From Candidatus Omnitrophota bacterium (GTDB lineage: Bacteria > Omnitrophota > Gorgyraeia > Gygaellales > JAHJCI01): DNA of 61,177 nucleotides. A program made the position numbers and the translations under genes. The stretch spans positions 1 to 61,177 of the forward strand of contig JBHPGP010000005.1 of NCBI GenBank assembly GCA_042570305.1, given 5' to 3'. This document shows, one piece after another, positions 18,343-27,706 of this stretch; positions within the stretch are counted from its first letter, which is position 1, and every line of letters begins with the position of its first letter. The notes beneath the pieces were generated by a model. It was not told the origin of the DNA and searched no databases. It was given only the letters and a program-made list of their open reading frames with translations.

Positions 18343-19608
18343 ATGAGATATATATGCGGGATTGATATCGGCTCAAGCAAAATTGCCGCCTGTTTGGGGT
18401 GCTTTAAAGGCACAGAGCTCTTGCGGGTCTGGTGGGACTCTATAGAAGCAGTATGGGCAAGCCAGGGACAGCTGCAGGATATTCCTGCACTGACGGCCTC
18501 GCTTGCTCAGCTTTTAAAGAATCTGAAAAGCAAATCCGGAGTGAAAACCAGGGCAGTTTCCTTAGCCATCACCAGCCAGAACATAATTGCCAAACACAGT
18601 CAGGCAGTCATAGCCCTGGCCGAGCGCGGTAACAAGTCCGTAACCAAAGCGCATATTCACAACGTCATCCAGCAGGCGCGAATTCTGGGTTCCTGTATGG
18701 AAGACGACATACTTCACGCACAGCCCTTAAGTTATAGCATAGATAATGAGAATGAGGTTACCGAGCCACTCGGTTTATACGGCCATCAGTTAAAGGTCGA
18801 TTTGTACCTTATTTGCGCCAGGGTATCGTATATTAATGCGCTGGTAGAAGTGGTTAACCGGCTCGGTGTCAGACTCAACGAGATAACCCTCTCAGGATTG
18901 GCCGTAGGCCAGGCCTTGTTTGATACCAGAGCAATGCAGGGCATAAATATCCTTTGCGACATAGGCAAAGACCTTACCCAGATAGCCATATTCAGCGACA
19001 GGGGGCTGGTGCATTATCAGACAATCAGCTACGGGGGTGATAATTTGACTCTCAGCCTCTCTAAAGAGCTTGATCTTCCATATTCCCTAGCCCAGGAAGT
19101 GAAAATTTCATACGGCCGCGTTGTTCAGGACAACCGTGAAATCAAGGATAAAGAGATAATTGTCAAAAGGGGCAGTGGTTATATTACCCTGAGTCAGAAC
19201 TCGGTTATTCAGATTCTCACTCGGGCCTGTGCCGGTATTGCCGAAGCCATCCGGGAAACTATCAGGCCTCAGCTTTTGGCAATGTCTTCCTCTGCCTGTG
19301 CACCAAAAACAACTCTTTACGTCAGCGGAAGAACAGCCTGTTTAGAAGGTTTCCTGGAATTGCTTGAGGTGGCAATCGGCATACCGGTCAAGATTGCAAA
19401 AGTCGGAAATCCCCTCTTAGCCGCCTCTTTAATGCGCCATAGTGTTTTTTCCGGGGAGCCGACTTTGAATTATCTGGCCTGTTTCGGCCTGCTGATCGAT
19501 TCCGCCAGGTTATCTTACAAGAAAACCAGCCTGTCAAGACGTGATTTACGCAGCCTCCTCTGCGGTATTCCTGAGAAGGTCAGGGAGATATACCAGGAAT
19601 ATTTCTAG
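18343..19608 (+). CDS. ftsA: cell division protein FtsA (divergent actin-fold ATPase homologue)
   Basis: Contains 'ICGIDIGSSKIAACLG' (phosphate-1) and 'YGGDNLTLSLSKELDLPYSLAQEVKISYG'. Has a C-terminal amphipathic tail. Position after ftsQ supports the call. The phosphate-2 and adenosine loops are degenerate (see findings). Confidence 0.8.
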   Translation: MRYICGIDIGSSKIAACLGCFKGTELLRVWWDSIEAVWASQGQLQDIPALTASLAQLLKNLKSKSGVKTRAVSLAITSQNIIAKHSQAVIALAERGNKSVTKAHIHNVIQQARILGSCMEDDILHAQPLSYSIDNENEVTEPLGLYGHQLKVDLYLICARVSYINALVEVVNRLGVRLNEITLSGLAVGQALFDTRAMQGINILCDIGKDLTQIAIFSDRGLVHYQTISYGGDNLTLSLSKELDLPYSLAQEVKISYGRVVQDNREIKDKEIIVKRGSGYITLSQNSVIQILTRACAGIAEAIRETIRPQLLAMSSSACAPKTTLYVSGRTACLEGFLELLEVAIGIPVKIAKVGNPLLAASLMRHSVFSGEPTLNYLACFGLLIDSARLSYKKTSLSRRDLRSLLCGIPEKVREIYQEYF

Positions 19609-19632
19609 GCGATACAGCCGCCGCTTTTTTAA

Positions 19633-19661
19633 TTGACCCCGCACCTTTTATCTATTACAAT
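19633..19661 (+). promoter_or_regulatory. sigma-70-type promoter upstream of proC
   Basis: TTGACC (19633-19638), a 17-nt spacer, then TACAAT (19656-19661). Only 8 nt separate the -10 box from ATG 19670. Confidence 0.5.
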
Positions 19662-19669
19662 AAGAAACT

Positions 19670-20515
19670 ATGCAAAAAGACGCAATGAACGGCAGTGCGA
19701 TTGGGATTATCGGTTATGGCAATATGGGCTCGGCTATCGGCGAGCTGCTCAAATCCAAATATCAAATCCTGGCATTTGATAAGGACAAGAGTAAAACCAG
19801 CAACCTGCAGGATATAAAGACAGCAGACAGCGCGATAGATTTAGTCAACAGGGTAGGTACGATAATATTAGCAGTTAAGCCGCAGGACTTTGAGGCACTA
19901 TTGGTGCAAATAAAAGAGTCTGTCGGAGGTAAGCTGGCTATTTCTATTGCTGCGGGTATCACTACCGGTTACATTGAGAAGCTTTTGGGAAGGGCAAGGG
20001 TCATCAGGGTTATGCCGAATATAGGCGCAAAGATAGGAAAGGCAGAGTCAGTTTTATCTAAAGGCAAGAATGCCAGAGATGAGGATATGGGTTTTGTTCA
20101 GGAATTATTTAATCATATAGGTAAAACCTGGATTATGAAGGAGCAGATGATTGATGCAGCGACTGCTATTTCCGGAAGTGGACCTGCCTATATTTATTAT
20201 GATATGGAGGTTAGAAAAATTGATCCCTTAAATGTCCCTAAGCCAATTGAGCAAGAATATATTCAGCGCTTAACAAAGGCTGCGGAAAGAGTTGGTTTTG
20301 ATTCTCAAACGGCTGTAGATTTCGCCTCAAGCACTACTGGTTCAAGTCTACAATTGGCAGCGTTATCTATAGCGTCTCCAGTTGAATTAAGAAAACAAAT
20401 TACCTCTAAGGGGGGGACTACTGAAGCAGCGCTGAAGGTTTTAGTTAAAGGTGGCTCGTGGGAGGAGGCGGCTGAGGCAGCTAAGAGACGGGCTGGAGAG
20501 TTATCAAAAGGATGA
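19670..20515 (+). CDS. proC: pyrroline-5-carboxylate reductase
   Basis: Contains 'IGIIGYGNMGSAIG' (Rossmann fold) and C-terminal 'SKGGTTEAAL'. An alternative start is ATG 19685. Confidence 0.9.
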   Translation: MQKDAMNGSAIGIIGYGNMGSAIGELLKSKYQILAFDKDKSKTSNLQDIKTADSAIDLVNRVGTIILAVKPQDFEALLVQIKESVGGKLAISIAAGITTGYIEKLLGRARVIRVMPNIGAKIGKAESVLSKGKNARDEDMGFVQELFNHIGKTWIMKEQMIDAATAISGSGPAYIYYDMEVRKIDPLNVPKPIEQEYIQRLTKAAERVGFDSQTAVDFASSTTGSSLQLAALSIASPVELRKQITSKGGTTEAALKVLVKGGSWEEAAEAAKRRAGELSKG

Positions 20516-20530
20516 GTAGGGAGAGCTAAG

Positions 20531-21391
20531 ATGCCGAAAATAGGAATTATCGGAGGCAGCGGGCTGTATGATATAGCAGAGTTGCAAGATAGACAAAGGC
20601 TCAAGGTAGAGACGCCTTTCGGCAGTCCTTCTGATGAGCTTCTCCTGGCCAAGTTTAAGGGAAAGGGAATTGTCTTCCTTTCCAGGCACGCAAGGGGACA
20701 CAGGTTTTCTCCGGGGCAGATAAACTACCGCGCAAATATCTATGCGATGAAATCGCAGGGCGTAGAAAGAATCATCTCTGTTACTGCCTGCGGTTCTTTG
20801 AAGGATGAGCTCAAACCTATGGATTTTGTTATTCCAGACCAGTTTGTAGACAGGGCAAGCCAGTCCAGGAAACATACATTTTTTGACGAAGGCATAACCG
20901 CACATATAAGCTTTGCCCATCCCGTTTGCAACGACTTATCAGAGAGGCTTAATTCGGCTGCCAGGAAAACCGGCGTATGCGTGCACCGGGGCGGCACTTA
21001 CCTTAATATAGAGGGGCCGCAGTTTTCCACTCTTGCCGAGTCCAATCTTTACAGGGATTGGGGGATGGACATTATCGGCATGACTAATATGACTGAGGCG
21101 CGCCTGGCCCGGGAGGCAGAGATATGCTATGCGACGCTCGCGGCAGTTACGGATTATGACTGTTGGCATAAGTCCCATGCCTCGGTAAGCGTTGAGATGA
21201 TCATGGGGAATCTCAAGAAAAACGTGGAGAATTCCAAGAGAATCCTGATGGAGGCAATAACGCAAATCAGCGATAAGAGGGATTGTTCCTGTCAAGAGGC
21301 TTTACGCTATTCCATCGTTACGGCCCCTGAGCTGATTCCCGAAGAGACCAAGAAAAGGCTTAAGATTATAATCGGCAAATATATAAAATAA
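20531..21391 (+). CDS. mtnP: S-methyl-5'-thioadenosine phosphorylase
   Basis: Contains 'KIGIIGGSGLYD', 'FLSRHARGH', 'NYRANIYAMKSQGVERIISVTACGSL' and 'GMTNMTEARLAREAEICYA'. These are typical of PNP/MTAP family 2. Confidence 0.88.
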   Translation: MPKIGIIGGSGLYDIAELQDRQRLKVETPFGSPSDELLLAKFKGKGIVFLSRHARGHRFSPGQINYRANIYAMKSQGVERIISVTACGSLKDELKPMDFVIPDQFVDRASQSRKHTFFDEGITAHISFAHPVCNDLSERLNSAARKTGVCVHRGGTYLNIEGPQFSTLAESNLYRDWGMDIIGMTNMTEARLAREAEICYATLAAVTDYDCWHKSHASVSVEMIMGNLKKNVENSKRILMEAITQISDKRDCSCQEALRYSIVTAPELIPEETKKRLKIIIGKYIK

Positions 21392-21403
21392 CCCGGGGTA
21401 ATC

Positions 21404-22300
21404 GTGAGTATACTGGTAGTAGGTTCGGTAGCATTGGATACGGTAAAGACGCCACAAGGCAAGGCCGAGGAGGCCCTGGGTGGCTCTGCAACTTATTTTT
21501 CCATGAGCGCGGCTTTTTTCAGCCCTGTAAGCCTGGTAGCGGTTGTGGGTAAGGATTTTCCCTCACGCCACCTAAGGCTGTTTGAGAAACGCGGCATTGA
21601 TTTAAGGGGATTGTCTGTTGAAAAAGGAAAAACCTTCAGGTGGAAAGGAGAATACGGATGGGATTACTCTGACCCCAAGACCCTTTCTACATGTTTAAAC
21701 GTATTTGCCAAATTTAACCCCGTGATACCTGCGCAATACCGAAAGAGCAAATACCTGTTTTTAGCCAACATAGACCCCGAGCTTCAGGAAGGGGTTTTGA
21801 GCCAGGTTAAGCCGAGGCTGGTTATTCTGGATACAATGAATTACTGGATAGAAAAGAAACGCAGCCGTCTGAGAAGGCTCCTGAAGAGGGTAGATATTTT
21901 TTTATTAAATGAGTCAGAAGCCAGGATGCTTACTTATGAAAGCAGCATAGTTAAAGCAGCCAGGCAGTTGATTAGATCAGGCCCGGAAATAGTGATTATT
22001 AAAAGGGGGGAGCACGGCTCCCTGCTCTTTTCTCAAAGGTATATTTTTTCCATCCCGGCCTTTTTACTGGAATCGGTGGTGGATCCTACCGGAGCGGGAG
22101 ATACCTTTGCCGGAGGGGTAGTGGGGTATCTGGCAGGATGCAATAAACTCAGCGCAGCCGCTTTCAAAAAGGCGTTAGTCTACGGTGCGGTTATGGCTAC
22201 CTTTGCCGTAGAGGACTTTAGCGTCAGACGACTGGCAGCCATTGATTTTGGCGGTATCAATAAAAGGTTTAGAGAGTTTCAGAAATTAAGCTGTTTTTGA
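21404..22300 (+). CDS. PfkB-family carbohydrate/nucleoside kinase
   Basis: GTG start. Contains 'ILVVGSVALDTV' and the PfkB signature 'DPTGAGDTFAGG'. The substrate cannot be assigned from sequence alone. Confidence 0.8.
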   Translation: MSILVVGSVALDTVKTPQGKAEEALGGSATYFSMSAAFFSPVSLVAVVGKDFPSRHLRLFEKRGIDLRGLSVEKGKTFRWKGEYGWDYSDPKTLSTCLNVFAKFNPVIPAQYRKSKYLFLANIDPELQEGVLSQVKPRLVILDTMNYWIEKKRSRLRRLLKRVDIFLLNESEARMLTYESSIVKAARQLIRSGPEIVIIKRGEHGSLLFSQRYIFSIPAFLLESVVDPTGAGDTFAGGVVGYLAGCNKLSAAAFKKALVYGAVMATFAVEDFSVRRLAAIDFGGINKRFREFQKLSCF

Positions 22301-22301
22301 G

Positions 22302-25121
22302 ATGGACTATAAAGCAAGTTTAAATTTACCCAAGACTGCTTTTGCGATGAAGGCAAACCTGCCTGTGCGCGAGCCGCAGTTCCTGCTCAGCTGGCAGGAG
22401 GCGGATATTTACCGGCTGATCAGGGATCAATCAAAGAACTGCCCAAAATACGTTCTGCACGACGGTCCTCCGTATGCCAACGGAGATATCCATATCGGGC
22501 ACGTCTTGAACAAGACCTTAAAAGACATCGTGGTTAAATACAAGAGTATGCGGGGATTTGATTCTCCGTTTGTGCCCGGCTGGGATTGCCACGGCCTGCC
22601 GGTAGAACACCAGTTGTTTAAAGAGCTGGGAAAAACCAAGGCAGAAATTAAGCAACTTGAGTTCCGCAAAAAGGCTTATGATTATGCGATGAAATTCGTG
22701 AATAAGCAGAAAGAGCAATTTCAGCGCCTAGGGGTATTCGGCGACTGGCAGAGTCCTTATCTTACGCTGGCCCCGGATTATGAGGAAGCAATATTGCGCT
22801 CCCTCTCTGCTCTGAGGAAAAAGGAATATATTTACCGGGGGCTGAAGCCGGTTAACTGGTGCTATCAATGCGAAACAGCGCTTGCCGAGGCAGAGGTGGA
22901 ATACGAAAACCACAGCTCACCTTCAATCTTTGTAAAATTCGAGATACTCGGGGTTGGAAAAGGCAAATTAAGCAGCATGGTACCTCAAGGAAAAAAATTT
23001 TATGCGCTTGTCTGGACAACTACTCCCTGGACATTAATCGCCAATGCGGCAATTGCCGTAAACCCAAAATTTAAATATGCCCTATTGGAGATTAATGATG
23101 AAATATGGCTGGCGCAGGAAGATTTGGTTTCTTCTGTAATGGAGTCTCTGGGCGTTAAAGAGTATAAAAAAATAGGCGATATCCCGGGCAGTGCCCTAGA
23201 GGGTTTGCCTTATCGCGATATTTTCCAGCCTGCAAGGCGGGCGGATACGGTATTTGTCCTGGCAGATTATGTTTCTAAAGAAGAGGGCACTGGATGCGTG
23301 CATACGGCTCCTGGCCACGGTCAGGAGGATTATCTTACCGGCCAGAAATACAAGCTGGAAACAGTAATGCCTGTGGATAGAAAAGGAGAATTTTATCAGG
23401 ATATAGCAATGGAATTTAAGGGCAGGCATGTTTTTGAAGCCAATCAGGGCATCATCGATAAGCTGAAAAAACAAGGCAATCTAGTGTATTCCGGGCAAGT
23501 TCAACACTCCTACCCTCATTGCTGGCGCTGCAAGACGCCGATTATCATCCGTGCTACAGAGCAGTGGTTTTTAATGATAGATCACAAAGAGCTAAGAAAA
23601 AAACTTCTTAATACGATAAAAGAGGATATTCAGTGGGTTCCTGCTTCAGGCAGGGAAAGAATTTCAGCAATGGTGGAATCAAGGCCCGATTGGTGCCTGT
23701 CACGGCAGAGATATTGGGGTGTGCCTATTCCGGCGTTAGGCTGCAACAGCTGCGGTAAGCAATTCCTGGATTCAGGGGTAATTGACAATTTTGCTGATTT
23801 TGTTTCCCGGGAAGGGACGGACTGCTGGTTTACTAGGGGCCTAAAAGAATTTCTACCAAAAAATTTTAAATGTCCGCTTTGTCAAAAAGGGGAAGATTTT
23901 ATAAAGGGTTCGGATATTCTGGATGTCTGGTTTGATTCAGGAGTGAGCCACCAGGCAGTATTGAAGAAAAGGAAGGAGCTGGGAGGTTCGCCTTGCGCTC
24001 TTTACCTGGAAGGCTCTGACCAGCACCGGGGATGGTTTCAGACTTCGCTGATACCCTCTATGGCCATTGATAACCAGCCCCCGTTTAAATCAGTGCTTAC
24101 CCACGGATTCGTGGTTGACGGAGAGGGTAGGAAAATGTCCAAGTCCCTGGGCAACGTGATTTCCCCCCATGATATCATCAAGGAATACGGAGCGGAAATT
24201 CTGCGCCTCTGGGTTGCCTCCAGCGATTATAACGAGGACATACGCATATCCCAGCAGATACTCGCGCGCTTGACAGAGGCTTACCGTAAAATCAGGAATA
24301 CCGCCAGGTTCATCTTAAGCAATCTCTATGATTTCAATCCGTGCGAAGATAAAGTAGACTATGATGACTTAAGGAATATAGATAAATGGGTATTGTTTAA
24401 ATTAGAAAGTGTACTTGGCGAGGTAACCGGCTCATACGAAAGCTTCGAGTTCCATAAGGCCTATAAATACATTTATAATTTTTGTAACGTAGAATTATCC
24501 ATGCATTATCTTGATATGGTCAAGGGCAGGCTTTATACCTATGCCTCCGGATCCCGGGAGAGAAGGGCAGCGCAGACAGCGATTTATGAGATATTGAATG
24601 TTTTACTGAAGATGATGGCGCCCATCCTGGTATTTACCGCGGAAGATATCTGGCAGCATATGCCCAAAGAAAAAAGCGGGCCTTGCGCTGTCAGCGTTCA
24701 TCTTCTGCGCTGGCCGAAGCACAATGACTCATTTTTGCAAAAGGACTTATCCGGCAAGGATGGGCATATAGATTCGCAGTTTAAAGCCATCCTCTCCCTG
24801 GTTCCCGGGATTGCCAAAGCGCTGGAAGCCAAACGCAGCGAGGGATTAATCGGCAGTTCTTTTGATGCCCAAATAATTTTGTTGACAAAGAAGGTATTTT
24901 ATGAAAAATATTTACAAGGTTTCAAGGATGATCTGTCAGAGATATTCAAGGTATCTCAGGTTTTAATCCAGATAAAAGACGGATTAAGCCAAGAGGTTGA
25001 ATTTAGCGTCCAGAAGGCTGAAGGGAAAAAATGCTCCCGCTGCTGGAACTGGCGAGTGTCCGTAGGCAAAGATAAAGAGCATCCTGATCTTTGCGGGATA
25101 TGCCTCGGACAGATAAAATGA
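22302..25121 (+). CDS. ileS: isoleucine--tRNA ligase
   Basis: 939 aa. Contains 'PPYANGDIHIGH' (HIGH), 'KMSKSLGN' (KMSKS) and a C-terminal zinc finger 'CSRCWNW...CGIC'. Confidence 0.97.
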   Translation: MDYKASLNLPKTAFAMKANLPVREPQFLLSWQEADIYRLIRDQSKNCPKYVLHDGPPYANGDIHIGHVLNKTLKDIVVKYKSMRGFDSPFVPGWDCHGLPVEHQLFKELGKTKAEIKQLEFRKKAYDYAMKFVNKQKEQFQRLGVFGDWQSPYLTLAPDYEEAILRSLSALRKKEYIYRGLKPVNWCYQCETALAEAEVEYENHSSPSIFVKFEILGVGKGKLSSMVPQGKKFYALVWTTTPWTLIANAAIAVNPKFKYALLEINDEIWLAQEDLVSSVMESLGVKEYKKIGDIPGSALEGLPYRDIFQPARRADTVFVLADYVSKEEGTGCVHTAPGHGQEDYLTGQKYKLETVMPVDRKGEFYQDIAMEFKGRHVFEANQGIIDKLKKQGNLVYSGQVQHSYPHCWRCKTPIIIRATEQWFLMIDHKELRKKLLNTIKEDIQWVPASGRERISAMVESRPDWCLSRQRYWGVPIPALGCNSCGKQFLDSGVIDNFADFVSREGTDCWFTRGLKEFLPKNFKCPLCQKGEDFIKGSDILDVWFDSGVSHQAVLKKRKELGGSPCALYLEGSDQHRGWFQTSLIPSMAIDNQPPFKSVLTHGFVVDGEGRKMSKSLGNVISPHDIIKEYGAEILRLWVASSDYNEDIRISQQILARLTEAYRKIRNTARFILSNLYDFNPCEDKVDYDDLRNIDKWVLFKLESVLGEVTGSYESFEFHKAYKYIYNFCNVELSMHYLDMVKGRLYTYASGSRERRAAQTAIYEILNVLLKMMAPILVFTAEDIWQHMPKEKSGPCAVSVHLLRWPKHNDSFLQKDLSGKDGHIDSQFKAILSLVPGIAKALEAKRSEGLIGSSFDAQIILLTKKVFYEKYLQGFKDDLSEIFKVSQVLIQIKDGLSQEVEFSVQKAEGKKCSRCWNWRVSVGKDKEHPDLCGICLGQIK

Positions 25122-25168
25122 AGAAATAAATTAGCGAAAACCGCTCACTGATTAAGGAGGAAATCATA

Positions 25169-25558
25169 GTGAAGACAAGAAATAAGCTGCGTAAAAAAGA
25201 CTTAAACAATTTCAAGAAATTGATCCTTAAAAGGAAAGAGGAGCTCATGGAAGGACTTAAACATTCCCTGGAGGATACCCTCAAGAAGTCTCCGCGGGAG
25301 GCTGCCGGGGATATCTCGGGTTATGCCTTTCATATGGCAGATTTGGCCACCGATACTTATGACCGCGAATTCTCTCTGGACCTGGCTTCCAACGAAAGAA
25401 AATTGATCTATGAGATTGACGAGGCCTTAAAGAAGATCCAGGACGGTAACTACGGTAATTGTGAGCAATGTAAATCCCCAATCAGCAAAACCAGGCTTAA
25501 GGCCATTCCTTACACCCGCCTTTGCCTTAAGTGCCAGGAGGCACAGGAAAAACGATAA
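25169..25558 (+). CDS. DksA/TraR-family C4 zinc-finger protein
   Basis: GTG start 8 nt after AAGGAGGA. Coiled N-terminal half, then 'CEQCKSPISKTRLKAIPYTRLCLKCQ'. Confidence 0.8.
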   Translation: MKTRNKLRKKDLNNFKKLILKRKEELMEGLKHSLEDTLKKSPREAAGDISGYAFHMADLATDTYDREFSLDLASNERKLIYEIDEALKKIQDGNYGNCEQCKSPISKTRLKAIPYTRLCLKCQEAQEKR

Positions 25559-26010
25559 CTAAGTATTTAGTTATTGTAATCTTAGCGCTTGACCAGCTAA
25601 CCAAATATATTGTCAGCCGGGGAATTCCTCTGGGCGCAAGCGTCCCGGTAGTAAAGAACGTCTTTCACCTGACCTATGTCCTTAATTCCGGAGCGGCTTT
25701 CGGGATATTGAAAAATCAGACCTATTTTTTTATAACCGTTGCAATAGCAGCCGTAGTTTTTATCATCGTTATTTTATCGCGCAGGCAGGAAGGGCCGGAA
25801 AGGTACGCCCTTTATTTAATCCTGGCAGGGGCAGTGAGCAACCTGATTGACCGTGTAAGGCTGGGAGCGGTGATTGATTTTCTGGATTTTCGTATCTGGC
25901 CGGTTTTTAATATTGCCGACAGCGCAATCACAATCGGGGCGATAGTGCTGGCATATTCCATCTTGAAAAGCAAAAAAACCGCAGCTACTACAAAAAGACT
26001 GCCAAATTAA
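25531..26010 (+). CDS. lspA: lipoprotein signal peptidase (signal peptidase II)
   Basis: Contains 'NSGAAFGIL' and 'FNIADSAITIG'. Sits in the conserved ileS-lspA neighbourhood. GTG start at 25531 (28-nt overlap) is uncertain. Confidence 0.9.
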   Translation: MPGGTGKTITKYLVIVILALDQLTKYIVSRGIPLGASVPVVKNVFHLTYVLNSGAAFGILKNQTYFFITVAIAAVVFIIVILSRRQEGPERYALYLILAGAVSNLIDRVRLGAVIDFLDFRIWPVFNIADSAITIGAIVLAYSILKSKKTAATTKRLPN

Positions 26011-26011
26011 A

Positions 26012-26746
26012 ATGCATCCGGTAATTTGTAAATTCGGCCCCCTAACCGTTTATTCATACGGGCTTTCACTCGTCCTGGCTTTCGGCATAGCCACGTTTCT
26101 GATTATGCGCCAGGCAAGAAAACAGGGGCAAAGCCCGGAACTTTTCTTTGACCTCACTTTTATTATTCTGGCCAGCGGCATTATCGGAGCAAGGATTCTT
26201 TACGTTGCCCTGAACCCGCAACCTTATCTTAAAGAGCCTTTGCAGATTATTATGCTTAATCGGGGAGGGCTTGCCTGGTTCGGCGGGCTTATCTCGGGGA
26301 GCCTTTGCTCCGTGTTTTATTTAAGGCGAAAGGGTCTGGATATCTATAAGGTATTTGACCTGGCTGTTCCCTATGTTGCTTTAGCCCAGGCAATAGGAAG
26401 GGTAGGCTGTCTCTTAAACGGCTGTTGTTACGGTAAGGAAAGCTGGCATTTCGGTCTTTACTTTCCGGTGCATCAGGCAATGCTTATTCCTACCCAGCTT
26501 TATTCATCTTTGGCGCTGCTGGGGATATACATCATCTTAAGGCTATGCCAGTTGCGCGTCTGCCGAAGGGGACAGATATTCTATCTTTATCTTTTTCTTT
26601 ATGCCTCGTGGCGGTTTTTTATTGAATTTTTCCGGGCAGACGGACAGGCCTTTATTTTTGGCATGACTACCTTCCAAATTTTCAGCATTGCCTTATTCCT
26701 TTTATCTTCAGTTATGCTGATCAAGATATGCAGGAATTCACCTTAA
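26012..26746 (+). CDS. lgt: prolipoprotein diacylglyceryl transferase
   Basis: Polytopic protein with 'GARILYV', 'GGLAWFGG' and 'GRVGCLLNGCCYGK'. Adjacent to lspA. Confidence 0.9.
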   Translation: MHPVICKFGPLTVYSYGLSLVLAFGIATFLIMRQARKQGQSPELFFDLTFIILASGIIGARILYVALNPQPYLKEPLQIIMLNRGGLAWFGGLISGSLCSVFYLRRKGLDIYKVFDLAVPYVALAQAIGRVGCLLNGCCYGKESWHFGLYFPVHQAMLIPTQLYSSLALLGIYIILRLCQLRVCRRGQIFYLYLFLYASWRFFIEFFRADGQAFIFGMTTFQIFSIALFLLSSVMLIKICRNSP

Positions 26747-27636
26747 AAGTAGCTGCAGAGGATTCAGGCATGCGCCTGGATTTGTATTTGTTAAAGTTTT
26801 CTCAAATGCAGCGCCTGAATCTCTCGCGTAACCTTATTCAGAAGCTGATTCGCCAGAAACTCATAATCTCGCAGGGCAAATCCCTGAAGGCTCATTACAA
26901 AATCAAGCCGCATGAGGTATTCGAGTTAAGGGTGCCGCAGGAGCAGCCGTTGTCTGTTGCTCCGGAAAATACCCCTTTGGATATCCGCTTCGAAGATGAT
27001 GACTTGATAGTGGTAAATAAGCCTCCGGGAATGGTTGTGCATCCCGGGGCAGGCAATACCTGCGGTACTTTGGCTAATAGCCTGGTCTTTCATTGTGCCT
27101 CTTTATCCAGCATTAATCCCCAGAGGCCGGGTATCGTGCATCGCCTGGACAAGGATACCTCCGGGTTGATTGTTGCCGCTAAAAATAATTTTACCCATCT
27201 TCATCTTACGCGTCAATTTTCCAGACATTCAATCCTGCGCCAGTATGCTGCGCTGGTAGAGGGCAGGGTAGAGCTTAACGAGGATATAATTGAGCTACCT
27301 ATTGGCCGCCACCCGCGGCAGAGAGAAAAGATGAGCGTGGGATTCCAAAGGAAGAATAGATATGCTAAGACCAGGTATCGGGTGTTGAAGCGAAGGCCAG
27401 ACATAACCCTTCTGGAATTAACGCCGTTTACAGGCAGGACCCATCAGCTGAGAGTGCATTTAAGTTTCATCGGTCACCCGGTTCTGGGAGACAAGAAATA
27501 CGGCAAGGGTACCCAATTCAGCCGTATGGCGCTGCATGCTTATCTTCTGGGTTTTGTCCATCCGCGCAGCAATAAATCTCTCGAGATTAAAACTGACATA
27601 CCGCAGGAATTCCTCGAGGCAGTATCTGAGAAATGA
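26728..27636 (+). CDS. rluD: RluA-family 23S rRNA pseudouridine synthase (RluD-like)
   Basis: N-terminal S4 domain, then 'VVNKPPGMVVHP', 'IVHRLDKDTSGLIVAAK' and 'GRTHQLRVH'. Confidence 0.9.
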   Translation: MQEFTLKVAAEDSGMRLDLYLLKFSQMQRLNLSRNLIQKLIRQKLIISQGKSLKAHYKIKPHEVFELRVPQEQPLSVAPENTPLDIRFEDDDLIVVNKPPGMVVHPGAGNTCGTLANSLVFHCASLSSINPQRPGIVHRLDKDTSGLIVAAKNNFTHLHLTRQFSRHSILRQYAALVEGRVELNEDIIELPIGRHPRQREKMSVGFQRKNRYAKTRYRVLKRRPDITLLELTPFTGRTHQLRVHLSFIGHPVLGDKKYGKGTQFSRMALHAYLLGFVHPRSNKSLEIKTDIPQEFLEAVSEK

Positions 27637-27652
27637 ACGAACTTGATTTTGC

Positions 27653-27680
27653 TTGACTTTTATTACGCAGACGCTAAAAT
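27653..27680 (+). promoter_or_regulatory. candidate sigma-70 promoter for the coiled-coil protein/aroA
   Basis: TTGACT (27653-27658), a 16-nt spacer, then TAAAAT (27675-27680). The TTG that the ORF track uses as a start codon is the -35 hexamer. Confidence 0.4.
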
Positions 27681-27706
27681 TAAATCAAATCAATGAGTTA
27701 AGAGTA

